Source: Sedimentisphaerales bacterium
GTDB lineage: Bacteria > Planctomycetota > Phycisphaerae > Sedimentisphaerales > Anaerobacaceae
Reading direction: 5' to 3'
Length of the DNA stretch: 64,000 bases
NCBI GenBank assembly: GCA_963708075.1
Contig: OY970194.1
Location: 6,080,001-6,144,000 of the forward strand
The notes beneath the pieces are model-generated. The model was given only the letters and a program-made list of their open reading frames with translations. It was not told where the DNA came from and did not search any database. Positions 10,429-20,299 of this stretch are shown one piece after another (the first letter of the stretch is position 1; each line of letters opens with the position of its first letter). A program made the translations under genes and the position numbers.

Positions 10429-11610
10429 ATGACGCACTACAATTACCTTATTGTTGGCGGTGGAATGACCGCTGATGCCGCCGTACAAGGAATCCGCGAG
10501 GTGGACCGCAACGGCGCCATTGGCTTGATCAGTGCCGAACATGACCCGCCGTACAATCGGCCGCCTTTAACAAAGGGCCTCTGGAAGGGCAAGCCTTTGG
10601 AGAGCATCTGGCGCCACACGGAAAACCACGATGTGGAGCTTCACCTGGGTTGTCGGGCTCAAACCCTCGATGTGCAGCGAAAGCAGATCACGGATGACAG
10701 GGACAGGACCTACACATTCGATAAGCTGCTTCTGGCGACGGGGGGCCGGCCGCGTCGTCTGCCCTTTGGCGAGGCGCTCATTATCTACTACCGCACGCTG
10801 GAGGATTTCCGGCGGCTTTCTGCGTCGGCGGAGCAGCGCCGGCGGTTTGCCGTGGTTGGCGGTGGATTCATTGGCTCGGAGATTGCCGCCGCCCTGGCCA
10901 TGAATGAGCGGGAAGTGACGATGATCTTTCCCGGCACCGGCATTTGCAGCCGCATGTTTCCCTTCGATCTCTCGGAATCCTTGAACGACTTCTATCGGGA
11001 AAAAGGGGTGGAGATATTGGTCGGGGAATCCATCGCGAACTTCGAAAGGCGCGGCGAGCAGTCTGTCCTCCGCACTTCGAGCAGAGAGATCGTCGTGGAC
11101 GGCATCGTGGCCGGCGTCGGCATTGAGCCGGACATTGACCTGGCGAGGCAGGCCGGACTGGAGTTGAGCGACGGCATTGTTGTAAACGAGCTTCTGCGGA
11201 CGAGCCACCCGGACATCTACTCCGCGGGCGATGTGGCCGCCTTCTATAACCCGGCGTTTGACAGGCGATTGCGCGTCGAGCACGAGGACAACGCCAACAC
11301 GATGGGCCGGTTGGCGGGCAGGAACATGGCAGGTGAATTGGAGCCCTATCGCCACCTGCCGTATTTCTACTCCGATCTTTTCGAGCTGGGATATGAAGCC
11401 GTTGGCGATCTGGACTCTCGTTTGGAAACTGTGGCTGACTGGGAGGAGCCGCATCGGAAGGGGGTGATCTACTACCTGCAACAGGGCCGGGTACGAGGGG
11501 TCTTGTTGTGGAATGTCTGGGGCCAGGTGGACGCTGCCCGCGAACTGATTGCCTCCCACCGGGAATTTCAGTCCGAGGACCTCAAGGGTCTCCTCCTGGC
11601 TGCGACATAA
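10429..11610 (+). CDS. NAD(P)/FAD-dependent oxidoreductase, ferredoxin-reductase-like
   Basis: IVGGG, PYNRPPLTK, LLLATG, VGGGFIGSE, TSHPDIYSAGD; AGGAG RBS before ATG 10429. Confidence 0.9.
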   Translation: MTHYNYLIVGGGMTADAAVQGIREVDRNGAIGLISAEHDPPYNRPPLTKGLWKGKPLESIWRHTENHDVELHLGCRAQTLDVQRKQITDDRDRTYTFDKLLLATGGRPRRLPFGEALIIYYRTLEDFRRLSASAEQRRRFAVVGGGFIGSEIAAALAMNEREVTMIFPGTGICSRMFPFDLSESLNDFYREKGVEILVGESIANFERRGEQSVLRTSSREIVVDGIVAGVGIEPDIDLARQAGLELSDGIVVNELLRTSHPDIYSAGDVAAFYNPAFDRRLRVEHEDNANTMGRLAGRNMAGELEPYRHLPYFYSDLFELGYEAVGDLDSRLETVADWEEPHRKGVIYYLQQGRVRGVLLWNVWGQVDAARELIASHREFQSEDLKGLLLAAT

Positions 11611-11645
11611 GACCCGCGCAAAAACAAGTTGGGCCGGGGCGTTGT

Positions 11646-12158
11646 ATGATCGAATACAAGGTCGGCAGGGGCATGAGAATCCTTTTCGTAGGGATCAACC
11701 CGCATCCCGGCTCTTACCGGCGCCGCGTGCCTTTCTCCAATAACAAAACGTTCTGGTACCTGCTCAATCGCGCGGGGCTGCTGGATGAGGACGAGAGCGA
11801 GTTGCGGACAGACATCGGTCTGAAAGAAATGTATGACCGGCGATTGCTCCCGCGATACCGACTGGGTTTCATCAACCTGATCGACCGTCCGACAGCAAAG
11901 GTCACAGCACTCAGGAAGGGCGAGGAAGAGCCGGGCGTTCAAAGGCTGCTGAGAGATATTCGGGCCTATCGACCCTCCGTCGCATGTTTCATTGGCAAGG
12001 TCACTTACAGTGTTTTTCGGGGTAGCAGGAACTGCAATTACGGCTGGCAAGAGAACATCAATGGCACTCGAGTCTACGTGATGCATTTCCCTATCCGGGG
12101 GCCCGCTGTCATCAGAATCAAAGAACTCCAGGAGTTGAAGGAGGCCAGCCGGGTTTGA
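11646..12158 (+). CDS. Mismatch-specific uracil-DNA glycosylase (MUG/TDG family)
   Basis: RILFVGINP, FW.LL..AG, GFINL.DRPT, CFIGK. Confidence 0.8.
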   Translation: MIEYKVGRGMRILFVGINPHPGSYRRRVPFSNNKTFWYLLNRAGLLDEDESELRTDIGLKEMYDRRLLPRYRLGFINLIDRPTAKVTALRKGEEEPGVQRLLRDIRAYRPSVACFIGKVTYSVFRGSRNCNYGWQENINGTRVYVMHFPIRGPAVIRIKELQELKEASRV

Positions 12159-12249
12159 TGACATGCAGACCGTGAAAGAATTTTGATTTTCTTATCTACG
12201 TTTATCCGGGGGAAAACGCCGGCATACCCTTCTGACCCTGCAGGCCAGG

Positions 12250-12579
12250 TTGGGCACGTCGGTGGAAATCGATGATGTGACGTACGCCGCTGATGAGGTA
12301 GGCGCGCTGGGAGGGGACGTAGATTTTCGCCCGGTGGCTCCATACATTGGAATCGGCTGGGGCAATCCTCTGGGGAGAACAGGTCGATGGGGGCTGGCTA
12401 CTGACCTCGGGGTCGCGTTCACGGGCTCGCCGGACATCGATCTATGCGCCAGCGGTCCGATTGGCGCCGATCCCACGTTCCAGGCGCGACTTGCCGAAGA
12501 AGAGAAAGACATACAGGATGATCTGGACATCTTCAAAATCTATCCCGTTCTGTCCATCAACCTTTACTACCGCTTTTAA
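12250..12579 (+). pseudogene. C-terminal fragment of an outer-membrane beta-barrel-type protein
   Basis: APYIGIGWGN, DLGVAFTGSP and terminal YPVLSINLYYRF; no signal peptide, no good start and no N-terminal half upstream. Confidence 0.6.
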
Positions 12580-13010
12580 CCTTGTTGAGGACTCGGGCCG
12601 CACAAAACGGTATTTCCTCCTGCAGGGGCTTGTCTGAACCTCAGTTACCAGCCGCATCAATTGTGGCGAATTACCTAGTACTGCCCTGAGCATAGGATCG
12701 TACAACAATGGCGTTGTACGCAGCGTATCGCCTTTTGGAATGCGAAATGCCAGGGAGGATCGATGAGGCAGTTCATCTGGCGGTACAATGCGTGCCTTTT
12801 GCGCAGCAAGACGCTGAAAGGGCCGGCTGCCGCGAACGGCAGATGGGCAAACGATAAGCGCCGGAACCGGCGGCCGGCCTGATCGGCTGACCTTACTTGG
12901 GTCCACGCGGCCGGAAGGTCGCCCATTGTCTTCATGCGAATATACCGCACGAGAACGACTGTCCTGTCCGCCTTCATTGTGATTCTGGGTTCGACACTGG
13001 GAGATCATAA

Positions 13011-14981
13011 ATGCCGAGAGCGGGAGAAGCTCGAACGGGAGTGTTTCCGGAATATGCCGCGCGCAAGAGAAAGCTCTCGTTCGGCGCTGAGGTCATTCAC
13101 GGACAAATCAACTTTCGCGTCTGGGCACCGGATAAGAGCCGAGTGGATCTGGTTATTGAGCAGCCGGAGCAGGCGGTCATCTCAATGACTGGTGAGGCGG
13201 GGTTTCTCTCTGCTGCGATAGCCGACCCCGGCCAGCGCGTTCTCTATCGCTTTCGCATTGATGGCCGTGACGATCTTCTGCCCGACCCCGCGTCGCGGTT
13301 CCAACCCGAGGGACCGAACGGACCATCGCAGGTGATCGACCCCAGTCTTTTCGCCTGGACGGATCAGGGCTGGAGTGGGCCGCACCTCGAAGGGCAGATC
13401 ATCTACGAGATGCACATCGGGACGTTCACGCCTGAGGGAACCTGGGCCTCGGCCGCCCGGCAGTTGCCGGAGCTTGTCCAGGCCGGAGTCAGCCTGCTCG
13501 AGATGATGCCTGTGGCTGACTTTGCCGGCAGCCACGGGTGGGGGTACGATGGTGTCAATCTGTTTGCTCCCACGCGGCTATACGGCCGGCCGAACGACCT
13601 GAGAAGTTTCATAAATACCGCGCACGAGCTTGGGATCGCCGTCATCCTCGATGTCGTCTACAATCATCTGGGGCCTGACGGGAACTTTCTCAGGGCATTT
13701 GCGAGAGACTATTTCACAGACCGCTATGAGTGCGAGTGGGGCGACGCCGTGAATTTTGATGGTCTCGGCGCGCAGCCCGTTCGTGACTACTTCATCTCCA
13801 ACGCACGCTACTGGATCGAAGAGTTCCACTTCGACGGTTTTCGGATTGACGCCACTCAGCAGATCTTCGATGCGTCGCAGCCGAATATCATCGCCGAGAT
13901 CACAGACAGCGCCCGGCGGGCCGCGGGGAACCGCAATATTCTGATCGCCGCGGAGAACGAGCCACAGAGAGCGGACCTGCTCAAGAGCGTGAAGGATGGT
14001 GGTGCGGGTCTTGATGCCCTCTGGAATGACGATTTCCACCACGCGATTCATGTGGCCCTGACAGGCAGAAAGGAAGCCTACTACTCAGATTACTGCGGCT
14101 CACCCCAGGAGATCATCTCCACGGTGAAACACGGATTCCTTTACCAAGGCCAGCGCTCCAGATGGCAGAACAAGCCGCGGGGCAGTCCTTCGTTGGGAAT
14201 CGAGCATCCGAGGTTCATCTGTTACATCGACAATCACGACCAAGTCGCGAACTCCGCTTGGGGCAGCCGGACCGGGCAGATTACTTCGCCCGGCAGGCAT
14301 CGGGCAGCGACGGCGCTGCTCCTGCTCGGGCCATGGACGCCCTTCGTATTTCAGGGACAAGAATTCGCTGCATCCACGCCGTTCCTTTATTTTGCCGACC
14401 ACAATCATCAGACTTCCGGCATGGTAGCCAATGGGCGTAAGAGATTCCTCAGCCAGTTTCCCAGCTTTGCTGTCCCTGCCATGCAGGCGGCGCTTGCCGA
14501 GCCTTCCCAACGGGAGACATTTCTGCGGTCCATTCTGGATTTTCGCCAGCGAATGGAGAATTCCCGGTTCTACGATATGTTCAAGGACCTCGCACGGCTG
14601 AGACGGACGGACGAGGTATTCTCGCTGCAGGGCGAAGCGGGCCTTGATGGCGCTGTGCTGTCGGGTGCGGCGTTTGTGCTGCGGTTCTTCGGCCGTGGCA
14701 CGGACAGGCTCCTGTTTGTGAATCTCGGCATGGACCTGTTCTTCGGGCCGGCCCCCGAGCCGCTTCTGGCTCCGCCGCGCGAGCAACACTGGCGGATCCT
14801 GTTTTCGACCGAAGAGCCTTGCTACGGCGGCAGCGGCACCCCCGATCTGGAGCTCGATCAGGGCTGGCGCATCCCGGCTCAAGCCGCAATTGCTTTTGCA
14901 TCCGAGCCCGGCTCGCCGTCTGTCAAGCCGCTGCAACCGTACGTGCAAGCCGTGCAGGAAAAACCAAAAAAGACGCTATGA
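13011..14981 (+). CDS. treZ: Malto-oligosyltrehalose trehalohydrolase (GH13)
   Basis: FRVWAP, PDPASRFQPEG, YEMHIGTFTPEG, WGYDGV, DVVYNHLGP, WNDDFHH, NHDQ. Confidence 0.92.
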   Translation: MPRAGEARTGVFPEYAARKRKLSFGAEVIHGQINFRVWAPDKSRVDLVIEQPEQAVISMTGEAGFLSAAIADPGQRVLYRFRIDGRDDLLPDPASRFQPEGPNGPSQVIDPSLFAWTDQGWSGPHLEGQIIYEMHIGTFTPEGTWASAARQLPELVQAGVSLLEMMPVADFAGSHGWGYDGVNLFAPTRLYGRPNDLRSFINTAHELGIAVILDVVYNHLGPDGNFLRAFARDYFTDRYECEWGDAVNFDGLGAQPVRDYFISNARYWIEEFHFDGFRIDATQQIFDASQPNIIAEITDSARRAAGNRNILIAAENEPQRADLLKSVKDGGAGLDALWNDDFHHAIHVALTGRKEAYYSDYCGSPQEIISTVKHGFLYQGQRSRWQNKPRGSPSLGIEHPRFICYIDNHDQVANSAWGSRTGQITSPGRHRAATALLLLGPWTPFVFQGQEFAASTPFLYFADHNHQTSGMVANGRKRFLSQFPSFAVPAMQAALAEPSQRETFLRSILDFRQRMENSRFYDMFKDLARLRRTDEVFSLQGEAGLDGAVLSGAAFVLRFFGRGTDRLLFVNLGMDLFFGPAPEPLLAPPREQHWRILFSTEEPCYGGSGTPDLELDQGWRIPAQAAIAFASEPGSPSVKPLQPYVQAVQEKPKKTL

Positions 14982-15020
14982 ACTTGTCAAAGAGCCGCGC
15001 AGTCAGGGCGGGGGACGGGC

Positions 15021-15089
15021 TGTAGGGTGGGGCTTGCCCCACCATGAACCCCGCGCCACAGGAGGCGGTGGGGCAGGCCCCACCGTGCA
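15021..15089. repeat. GTAG-type REP doublet between convergent genes
   Basis: gtagggtggggcttgccccacc ... ggtggggcaggccccaccgtgc; same palindrome core at 62281-62298. Confidence 0.75.
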
Positions 15090-15124
15090 ACTACAACTGA
15101 GCCACCGGGCAGATTCAGTCCCGT

Positions 15125-15802
15125 TCATTCATCTGACTCCTGCCGCGTCAGGTCGATGAACAAGTGCGCCAGGCAAGTCAGAGCTTCAGCTCGGCGGGCG
15201 GCGCGTGTGTTCCCATTCCCCGAATTCACTGTCGGCGCAGCGGAACTGTCGCTTGGCGAAACCGGGTCAGCCGCCAGCAACAGGGCCTGCTCGATGGCAC
15301 TCTGCTGTGTCTCACTCACGAAGAACACCATGGGAACCGAGAATGGATTCGGGCTGTGTGGCGTCGTGCGTGGCAGCGGCTTGCGCCCCAGCAGCCGTTC
15401 GAGTTGGCCGCGAGTTTGCGGGAGCAGCTTGGCCAGATCAGGGATAGGGATGTGTCTGCGAAGCCGGCGGAGCAACCCGAGTTTCTTGTCGAGTGCATCC
15501 CGGCCGCCGAGCCGGTTGAGCGTGGCCAGCAGGACAGAAGTCTGCTCGTCATTGACGTCCCAGACCACCACATCGGCGGTTTTGCGGCCGAGCTCTTTGA
15601 GGGCGTCACGCCGGTGGTGGCCATTGATGATCTGAAAGTGGCCGTCTTTGCTGGGATGGGGCCGGACCACGAGGGGCTCGTACCGATCGGTTCGCCCGAT
15701 GTTGCGAACCAGCCTGGCGAAGTTCGCCCGACTCATCCAGTTGGGGTTATCGGGGTGCGGAACCAACTGTTCCAGCGGAATACGCCGAATCTTCGTACTC
15801 AT
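15125..15802 (-). CDS. ParB N-terminal (ParB/Srx-like) domain protein, phage type
   Basis: IPLEQLVPHPDNPN, PLVVRP, FQIINGHHR, LATLNRLGG. Confidence 0.85.
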   Translation of the reverse strand: MSTKIRRIPLEQLVPHPDNPNWMSRANFARLVRNIGRTDRYEPLVVRPHPSKDGHFQIINGHHRRDALKELGRKTADVVVWDVNDEQTSVLLATLNRLGGRDALDKKLGLLRRLRRHIPIPDLAKLLPQTRGQLERLLGRKPLPRTTPHSPNPFSVPMVFFVSETQQSAIEQALLLAADPVSPSDSSAAPTVNSGNGNTRAARRAEALTCLAHLFIDLTRQESDE

Positions 15803-15986
15803 GTGTTCACCTCCAAATGTGCAATGTACGAATTACGATTCACGAATTATGATTTCGGAGTCGAGGCCGGGGGACGGGTAACGAGACAAGGTGTGTGTGG
15901 AGCGTGGGTTGTGGGAGTCCTTCCCTTGTTCCTCGATCCTCCGACCCGCCCCGCAAAATGGTAAATCATAGATCGTAAATCATCTT

Positions 15987-16727
15987 TCACGGCAGTGTGA
16001 CCTCCAGAGTGGGATGGAACCATATATGATAGGCGGGTCGCTCCGTGAGTTTGCTCAGGATGTAGCGCGTGCGTTCGATGCCGGGCAACATAGTCCGGCG
16101 CTTGCCGTGACTTTTCAGAAACCGCTGCACGCGGATTTCGGTGAAATCCGCCGCCGGCTCTGGCAATGCATCCAGCTTCCTCTGTACACTTTCCGGGTCG
16201 ATCAGCTCGTTTTCCTCGATGCCGATGACGCTCAGGGCCTCGATCAATGCGACCTGCTCAAGACGCAGTCTGGGCGCGAATGCCTTCATTCCCGCGTGTT
16301 CCAGAAACGGATTCACCAGGGGCATGACGCCGACCGCTTCAACGACGGGGACATCCATCCGGGGCATGGTCTCGCGGACGAGCCGGGTCGCCAGGCCTAT
16401 GCCCCGAAACCGCGGCTCGATGACAACTCGCGCGATGCAGCGGATGTTCCGGTTGATCAGGGCCAACTGGGTCTGGCGATCGAGGTCCTTGAAGATGTTG
16501 CCGGTGGCGACGTTGCGAAGCTCCACGCGGGGAACAGGCATCGTGTAGACAATCACCCCAACCGGTTTCCTGTGGAATGAGCCAATCGGCGCTGCCGGCC
16601 TCATGGTGAAGACCGCCTTCACGCTGATTGGCGAACCGCCCCGATAGTGATAACAGGCGAGTTGCCTGTAGTCGTCCAGATCGCCGGGGACGATCTCCAG
16701 CTTGTTGCTCAGCGAACACGTGTGCAT
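15987..16727 (-). CDS. GNAT-fold acetyltransferase of the ABC-ATPase-associated type
   Basis: L..YHYR, IARVVIEPRFRGIGLA acetyl-CoA motif, VNPFLE.AGM. GAGGTG RBS before ATG 16727; the longer ORF-track start is repeat-derived. Confidence 0.8.
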   Translation of the reverse strand: MHTCSLSNKLEIVPGDLDDYRQLACYHYRGGSPISVKAVFTMRPAAPIGSFHRKPVGVIVYTMPVPRVELRNVATGNIFKDLDRQTQLALINRNIRCIARVVIEPRFRGIGLATRLVRETMPRMDVPVVEAVGVMPLVNPFLEHAGMKAFAPRLRLEQVALIEALSVIGIEENELIDPESVQRKLDALPEPAADFTEIRVQRFLKSHGKRRTMLPGIERTRYILSKLTERPAYHIWFHPTLEVTLP

Positions 16728-16809
16728 GGCGCACCTCATTGATGATTGATAATGGATGATGGATGATTGGTCTTCCGCCGCCGAATCATCAATAATCAAT
16801 CATCCATAA

Positions 16810-17451
16810 TCAATGGTTTCTATAGATGACCTCGGCCGGGCCCGAGAAGTCCTTGATCACCAGAACGTCGGGGGCAAGGTCGATCAGGATGTCCTCGTGG
16901 CTCGACGCCAGGACGAACGTGGTGCCGGTCCGCTTGGCGAACTTGTGGACGTTGAACGCGACAGCGGCGGCGGTGACTCTGTCCAACTCGCCCGAGAACT
17001 CGTCGGCGAAGATGAATCGCCTGCGGCTGGCCATGGCCTGGGCCAGGCGGAACCGGTACTTCTGGCCGTCACTGAGGTTGCATGGCTTCTTGAGAAGAGA
17101 GAAGACTTCGCTCAGGCCCACCGCGCTGAGCAGCCGCAGGGAAGAGACGATTGTCCCCTCGAAGCAGTCGATCACGGCCCGGTCCCGGGGAAGGGCGATC
17201 TGCGCGAGATTGATGGATTCGCCGGCGGGAATCGCCTGTTCCAACTCGTGCAGGAGCACGCTCTTGCCCGCCCCTGACGGGCCCGTAATGAAGGCAATAT
17301 CCCCCGCACCAAGCTCCAGCCGGCACTGATGAGTCACGATCCTGTCCGCAAGCTTGTCGGCGGTCAGGCCGAACATACGGCACAGTTGCACCGCTCTATC
17401 CGTAAGCGGCCCCTCCCACGGAAAGCCTCTTGATAGATCATAGGTTGCCAT
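16810..17451 (-). CDS. Soluble ABC-type ATPase with no permease partner
   Basis: Walker A GPSGAGKS, signature LSDGQKYR, Walker B FIFADEF, H-loop SSHED. Confidence 0.88.
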   Translation of the reverse strand: MATYDLSRGFPWEGPLTDRAVQLCRMFGLTADKLADRIVTHQCRLELGAGDIAFITGPSGAGKSVLLHELEQAIPAGESINLAQIALPRDRAVIDCFEGTIVSSLRLLSAVGLSEVFSLLKKPCNLSDGQKYRFRLAQAMASRRRFIFADEFSGELDRVTAAAVAFNVHKFAKRTGTTFVLASSHEDILIDLAPDVLVIKDFSGPAEVIYRNH

Positions 17452-17880
17452 TATGTATTCCCTCGCTTGATTGATGCTGCGTATACGCGTGCTCTGCGGA
17501 GAGTCGCTTTCACTCGATAAAGAGTAATCCCGCGATTCTGGCTGATGTGCGCTGCGGAAAGACCGCGGACGAAGAAGTCTTTGATCAGAGCCAACTCGCG
17601 ACCGGTGAAATCATCCCGGTTGCCCAGACAAATCTCATAGGTGTCATCCGCGAGTCGTCGTGCGATTCTGTGAATCCTGCGCCCGACATTCGATGGGCTC
17701 AGCCCCATCAGTCGCCCGATCTGACGAAGACTATTGCCCCGCTCCAGATACATCTCTATCAGGACGCGGTCTCTGCCTGCGAGCAGATGGGCCCGCATCC
17801 GAAGAATCTCGATGACACCACGGTTCTCCACCGTCTCGGTTGACGCAACGGCTGTCTCATAACCGTCCGCAGGTTCTCAT
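17451..17880 (-). CDS. Double-HTH (sigma70 region 4-like) regulator, apparent +1 base just after the start
   Basis: SLRQIGRLMGLSPSNVGRRI and LSAAHISQNRGITLYRV. AGGAG-GGAG RBS and ATG 17880 join the ORF if one base is removed from GGTTCTC at 17872-17878; otherwise start is GTG 17831. Confidence 0.7.
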
Positions 17881-17939
17881 TCTCCCACTCCTGTCGGAAT
17901 CAATCCTATCTCGTGGTATGGTCACAATGCCATTGTCGT

Positions 17940-17967
17940 ATTTTATCTGTACGGGGCATCGCGTCAA
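17940..17967 (-). promoter_or_regulatory. Putative sigma70 promoter of the HTH-ABC-GNAT-ParB operon
   Basis: Minus strand TTGACG-16 bp-TAAAAT in an AT-rich patch ~60 bp upstream of ATG 17880. Confidence 0.55.
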
Positions 17968-18220
17968 TTGTTTTGTTGTGTGTTTAGTAAAAAATCTTAT
18001 ATGGTACTGTAGTTGCAGACATTCTCCTTTTGCTAACATGCCTCCCCGACGCCACTTACGGAGAACCCTGATATCGTAAGCGCGCCTCGCATTTTTTTCA
18101 GAATTCATTCCTTTTTTCATGGACGGCATCATAAGCGGGGAAGAGGCGAGGCCGCCGGTGCGCGGGACGCGGGTCACCATATTCTGTCCCACGGGCCCCG
18201 CCCAGGTCTGACACCCCGCA

Positions 18221-18326
18221 ATGGACTGCTGGATGGACAACCTGGACGGCATGGACGATATGGGCACATGCAAGCCCAGGGACCGTCCATATCGTCCACT
18301 CTGTCCACACAGTCCGCCTCATCCAT
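18221..18326. repeat. Inverted array of 9-mer units (TGGACnnnn / nnnnGTCCA)
   Basis: tggacaacc tggacggca tggacgata tgggcaca ... gtccatatc gtccactct gtccacaca gtccgc. Confidence 0.75.
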
Positions 18327-18674
18327 TCCCTCCCTCTCATCCCCCCCCGACTCTGCGGCTTTGCCACCCTGTCTCACTTTCGATCGATTTTCGCACGATT
18401 CGCGCCGGTTTAGAAGTAAAAACGGCCGATCCTTCATATTTTTTCTACTCCTTTGCCCACAAGGACTTGGGCGCCCCTCCGCTACTTCGGCCACCGGCTT
18501 TCTTCGACCAATTAGCGCACTTTCGTCCCATTGTGGAGGCAGACATAAATGCCTCGAGAATTACGATTTACGATTTAGGCCGGTGCCGAGACGGGCGTGC
18601 CGACCGGGATCCCTGGATCGCGAGTTCCTAAATCATAAATCGCAAATGGTAAATCGTAAGTGGAGCACAGCGAC

Positions 18675-20228
18675 ATGGGATTCAAGCTGGATATCTTCGG
18701 CGACGGGCAGCTCGATGCGGAGTACCTGGAGTGGCTGGTGGATGAGCAGTCGGCCGCGGTGGGGCGGCACTTCTCGCGGCTGTGGGACTACTACAGCAAC
18801 CCGATGGTGGAGGTGGCCGGGGGCAACGCGGCGGACCGCAAGATCAGCGAGTCGGGACACCCTTACGTCCAGGCCCAGGAGTACGGCTTGCCCTCGCGGA
18901 TCACCGGGCTGGTGCGTTCGCCGCAGACGGGGATGTTCGGATCCCAGGTGGTCCGCGATATTCAGCGGAAAGAGGTCGTCATCGAGAACGATATCGCCTG
19001 GCGCATCAATGCGCTGGCGGATTTCCTGTTCGGAAAACCGGTAAGTCTTGTCTCCAAAGCCGCCGATGGCCAAAAACGCAACGAAATCGAGGCGGTTATA
19101 AAGGCGGTCTTTGCGGCCAACGGCGGACTTGGCTTCTTTCAGGACATGGCAGTGCTCGGAAGCGTCTACGGGTTTGTCGATTGCTTCCTCCGCACAGGCG
19201 ACACGTGTTTCGCCCCTGCCTCACACGCTTCCTCCCTTCAGCAGCCTCCGTTCGACACCGTGCTGACCCTGGCACAGGCAATCGACCTGGAACTGATCGA
19301 GGCGCCGAGAGCACTGCCGGTCCTGGATGAAGACGACTACCGTGTCGTCCGTTACTACGTCCAGCATTTCCACCAGAAGAAGAACACCATTCACAGGAAG
19401 AATTCCTTCCTTTCGCGGATTCTTGGAGCGTCGGCATATCCGACGGACACCCGTCAGGTCGTCGCCGTGACGGAGATCACCTCGCCTGAGTACTGGCAGC
19501 GTTACGAGGACAAGGAACTCGTCGCGGAAGGGGAACTGCCGTGGGGCTTTTTGCCGGTGGTGCACGTCCAGAACATCGCGCAGCCGTACTACTATGAGGG
19601 CGTCAGCGATGTCGAGGCGCTGATCCCGCTGCAGGATGAACTCAACACGAGGCTCAGCGATCGTGCCAGCCGGGTTACCTTTCAATCATTCCGGATGTAC
19701 CTGGGCAAAGGCATTGAGGGCTTCGAAAATAAGCCGATCGCGCCGGGGCGAATGTGGTGCACGGATAATCCGGAGGCCTCCATTCAGGAGTTCGGCGGAG
19801 ATGCCTCGGCCCCGAGCGAGGAGCGGCATATCGCCGAAATTCGCGAGGCATTGGACAAGACCAGCGGCGTGACGCCGGCCGTCGCGGGCGTTCTCAAGGA
19901 CAAGCTCGGGAATCTCACCAGCGCGGTGGCGCTGCGCCTGACCTTCATGGGCATGCTCAGTAAGAACGAGCGCAAGCGGCATACCTACAGCGACGGCCTC
20001 AAGAAGATCTGCCGGATGGTCCTGGGTATCCTGGACACCGCGAACATCTATAAGACGACCCAGGCCGAGCGAGACATCGATGTGATCTTTCCAAGTCCGC
20101 TGCCGGAGAATCTGATGGAGAAGCTTCAGGAAGCGCAAATCAAGCGAGATCTCGGTGTCCCCGCTGAGCAGGTGCTCAGAGAATTGGGCTACGAAACCAC
20201 ACAAAGAAGTACGAAGCACGATCCGTGA
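18675..20228 (+). CDS. Phage portal protein, SPP1 gp6-like
   Basis: LWDYY, DFLFGKPV, PVVHVQN, SDVEALIPLQDELN, TSAVALR; ~517 aa, upstream of scaffold and capsid. Confidence 0.85.
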   Translation: MGFKLDIFGDGQLDAEYLEWLVDEQSAAVGRHFSRLWDYYSNPMVEVAGGNAADRKISESGHPYVQAQEYGLPSRITGLVRSPQTGMFGSQVVRDIQRKEVVIENDIAWRINALADFLFGKPVSLVSKAADGQKRNEIEAVIKAVFAANGGLGFFQDMAVLGSVYGFVDCFLRTGDTCFAPASHASSLQQPPFDTVLTLAQAIDLELIEAPRALPVLDEDDYRVVRYYVQHFHQKKNTIHRKNSFLSRILGASAYPTDTRQVVAVTEITSPEYWQRYEDKELVAEGELPWGFLPVVHVQNIAQPYYYEGVSDVEALIPLQDELNTRLSDRASRVTFQSFRMYLGKGIEGFENKPIAPGRMWCTDNPEASIQEFGGDASAPSEERHIAEIREALDKTSGVTPAVAGVLKDKLGNLTSAVALRLTFMGMLSKNERKRHTYSDGLKKICRMVLGILDTANIYKTTQAERDIDVIFPSPLPENLMEKLQEAQIKRDLGVPAEQVLRELGYETTQRSTKHDP

Positions 20229-20299
20229 TTTACGAACTCAGTGCTGGCGCGAGCTAAATTGTAAATCATAAATCGCAATTCATAAATTGGAGAGGTGCT

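Noticed and set aside
12580..13010. ORFs 12442-13008 and 12675-12977
   Set aside because: No motifs and atypical composition; treated as intergenic or decayed.
16810..17451. ABC ATPase as a transporter subunit or as the packaging terminase
   Set aside because: No permease nearby; it has an ABC signature and lacks the TerL nuclease domain and size.
18221..18326. 9-mer and heptamer arrays as CRISPR
   Set aside because: Units too short and degenerate, no unique spacers, no cas genes.
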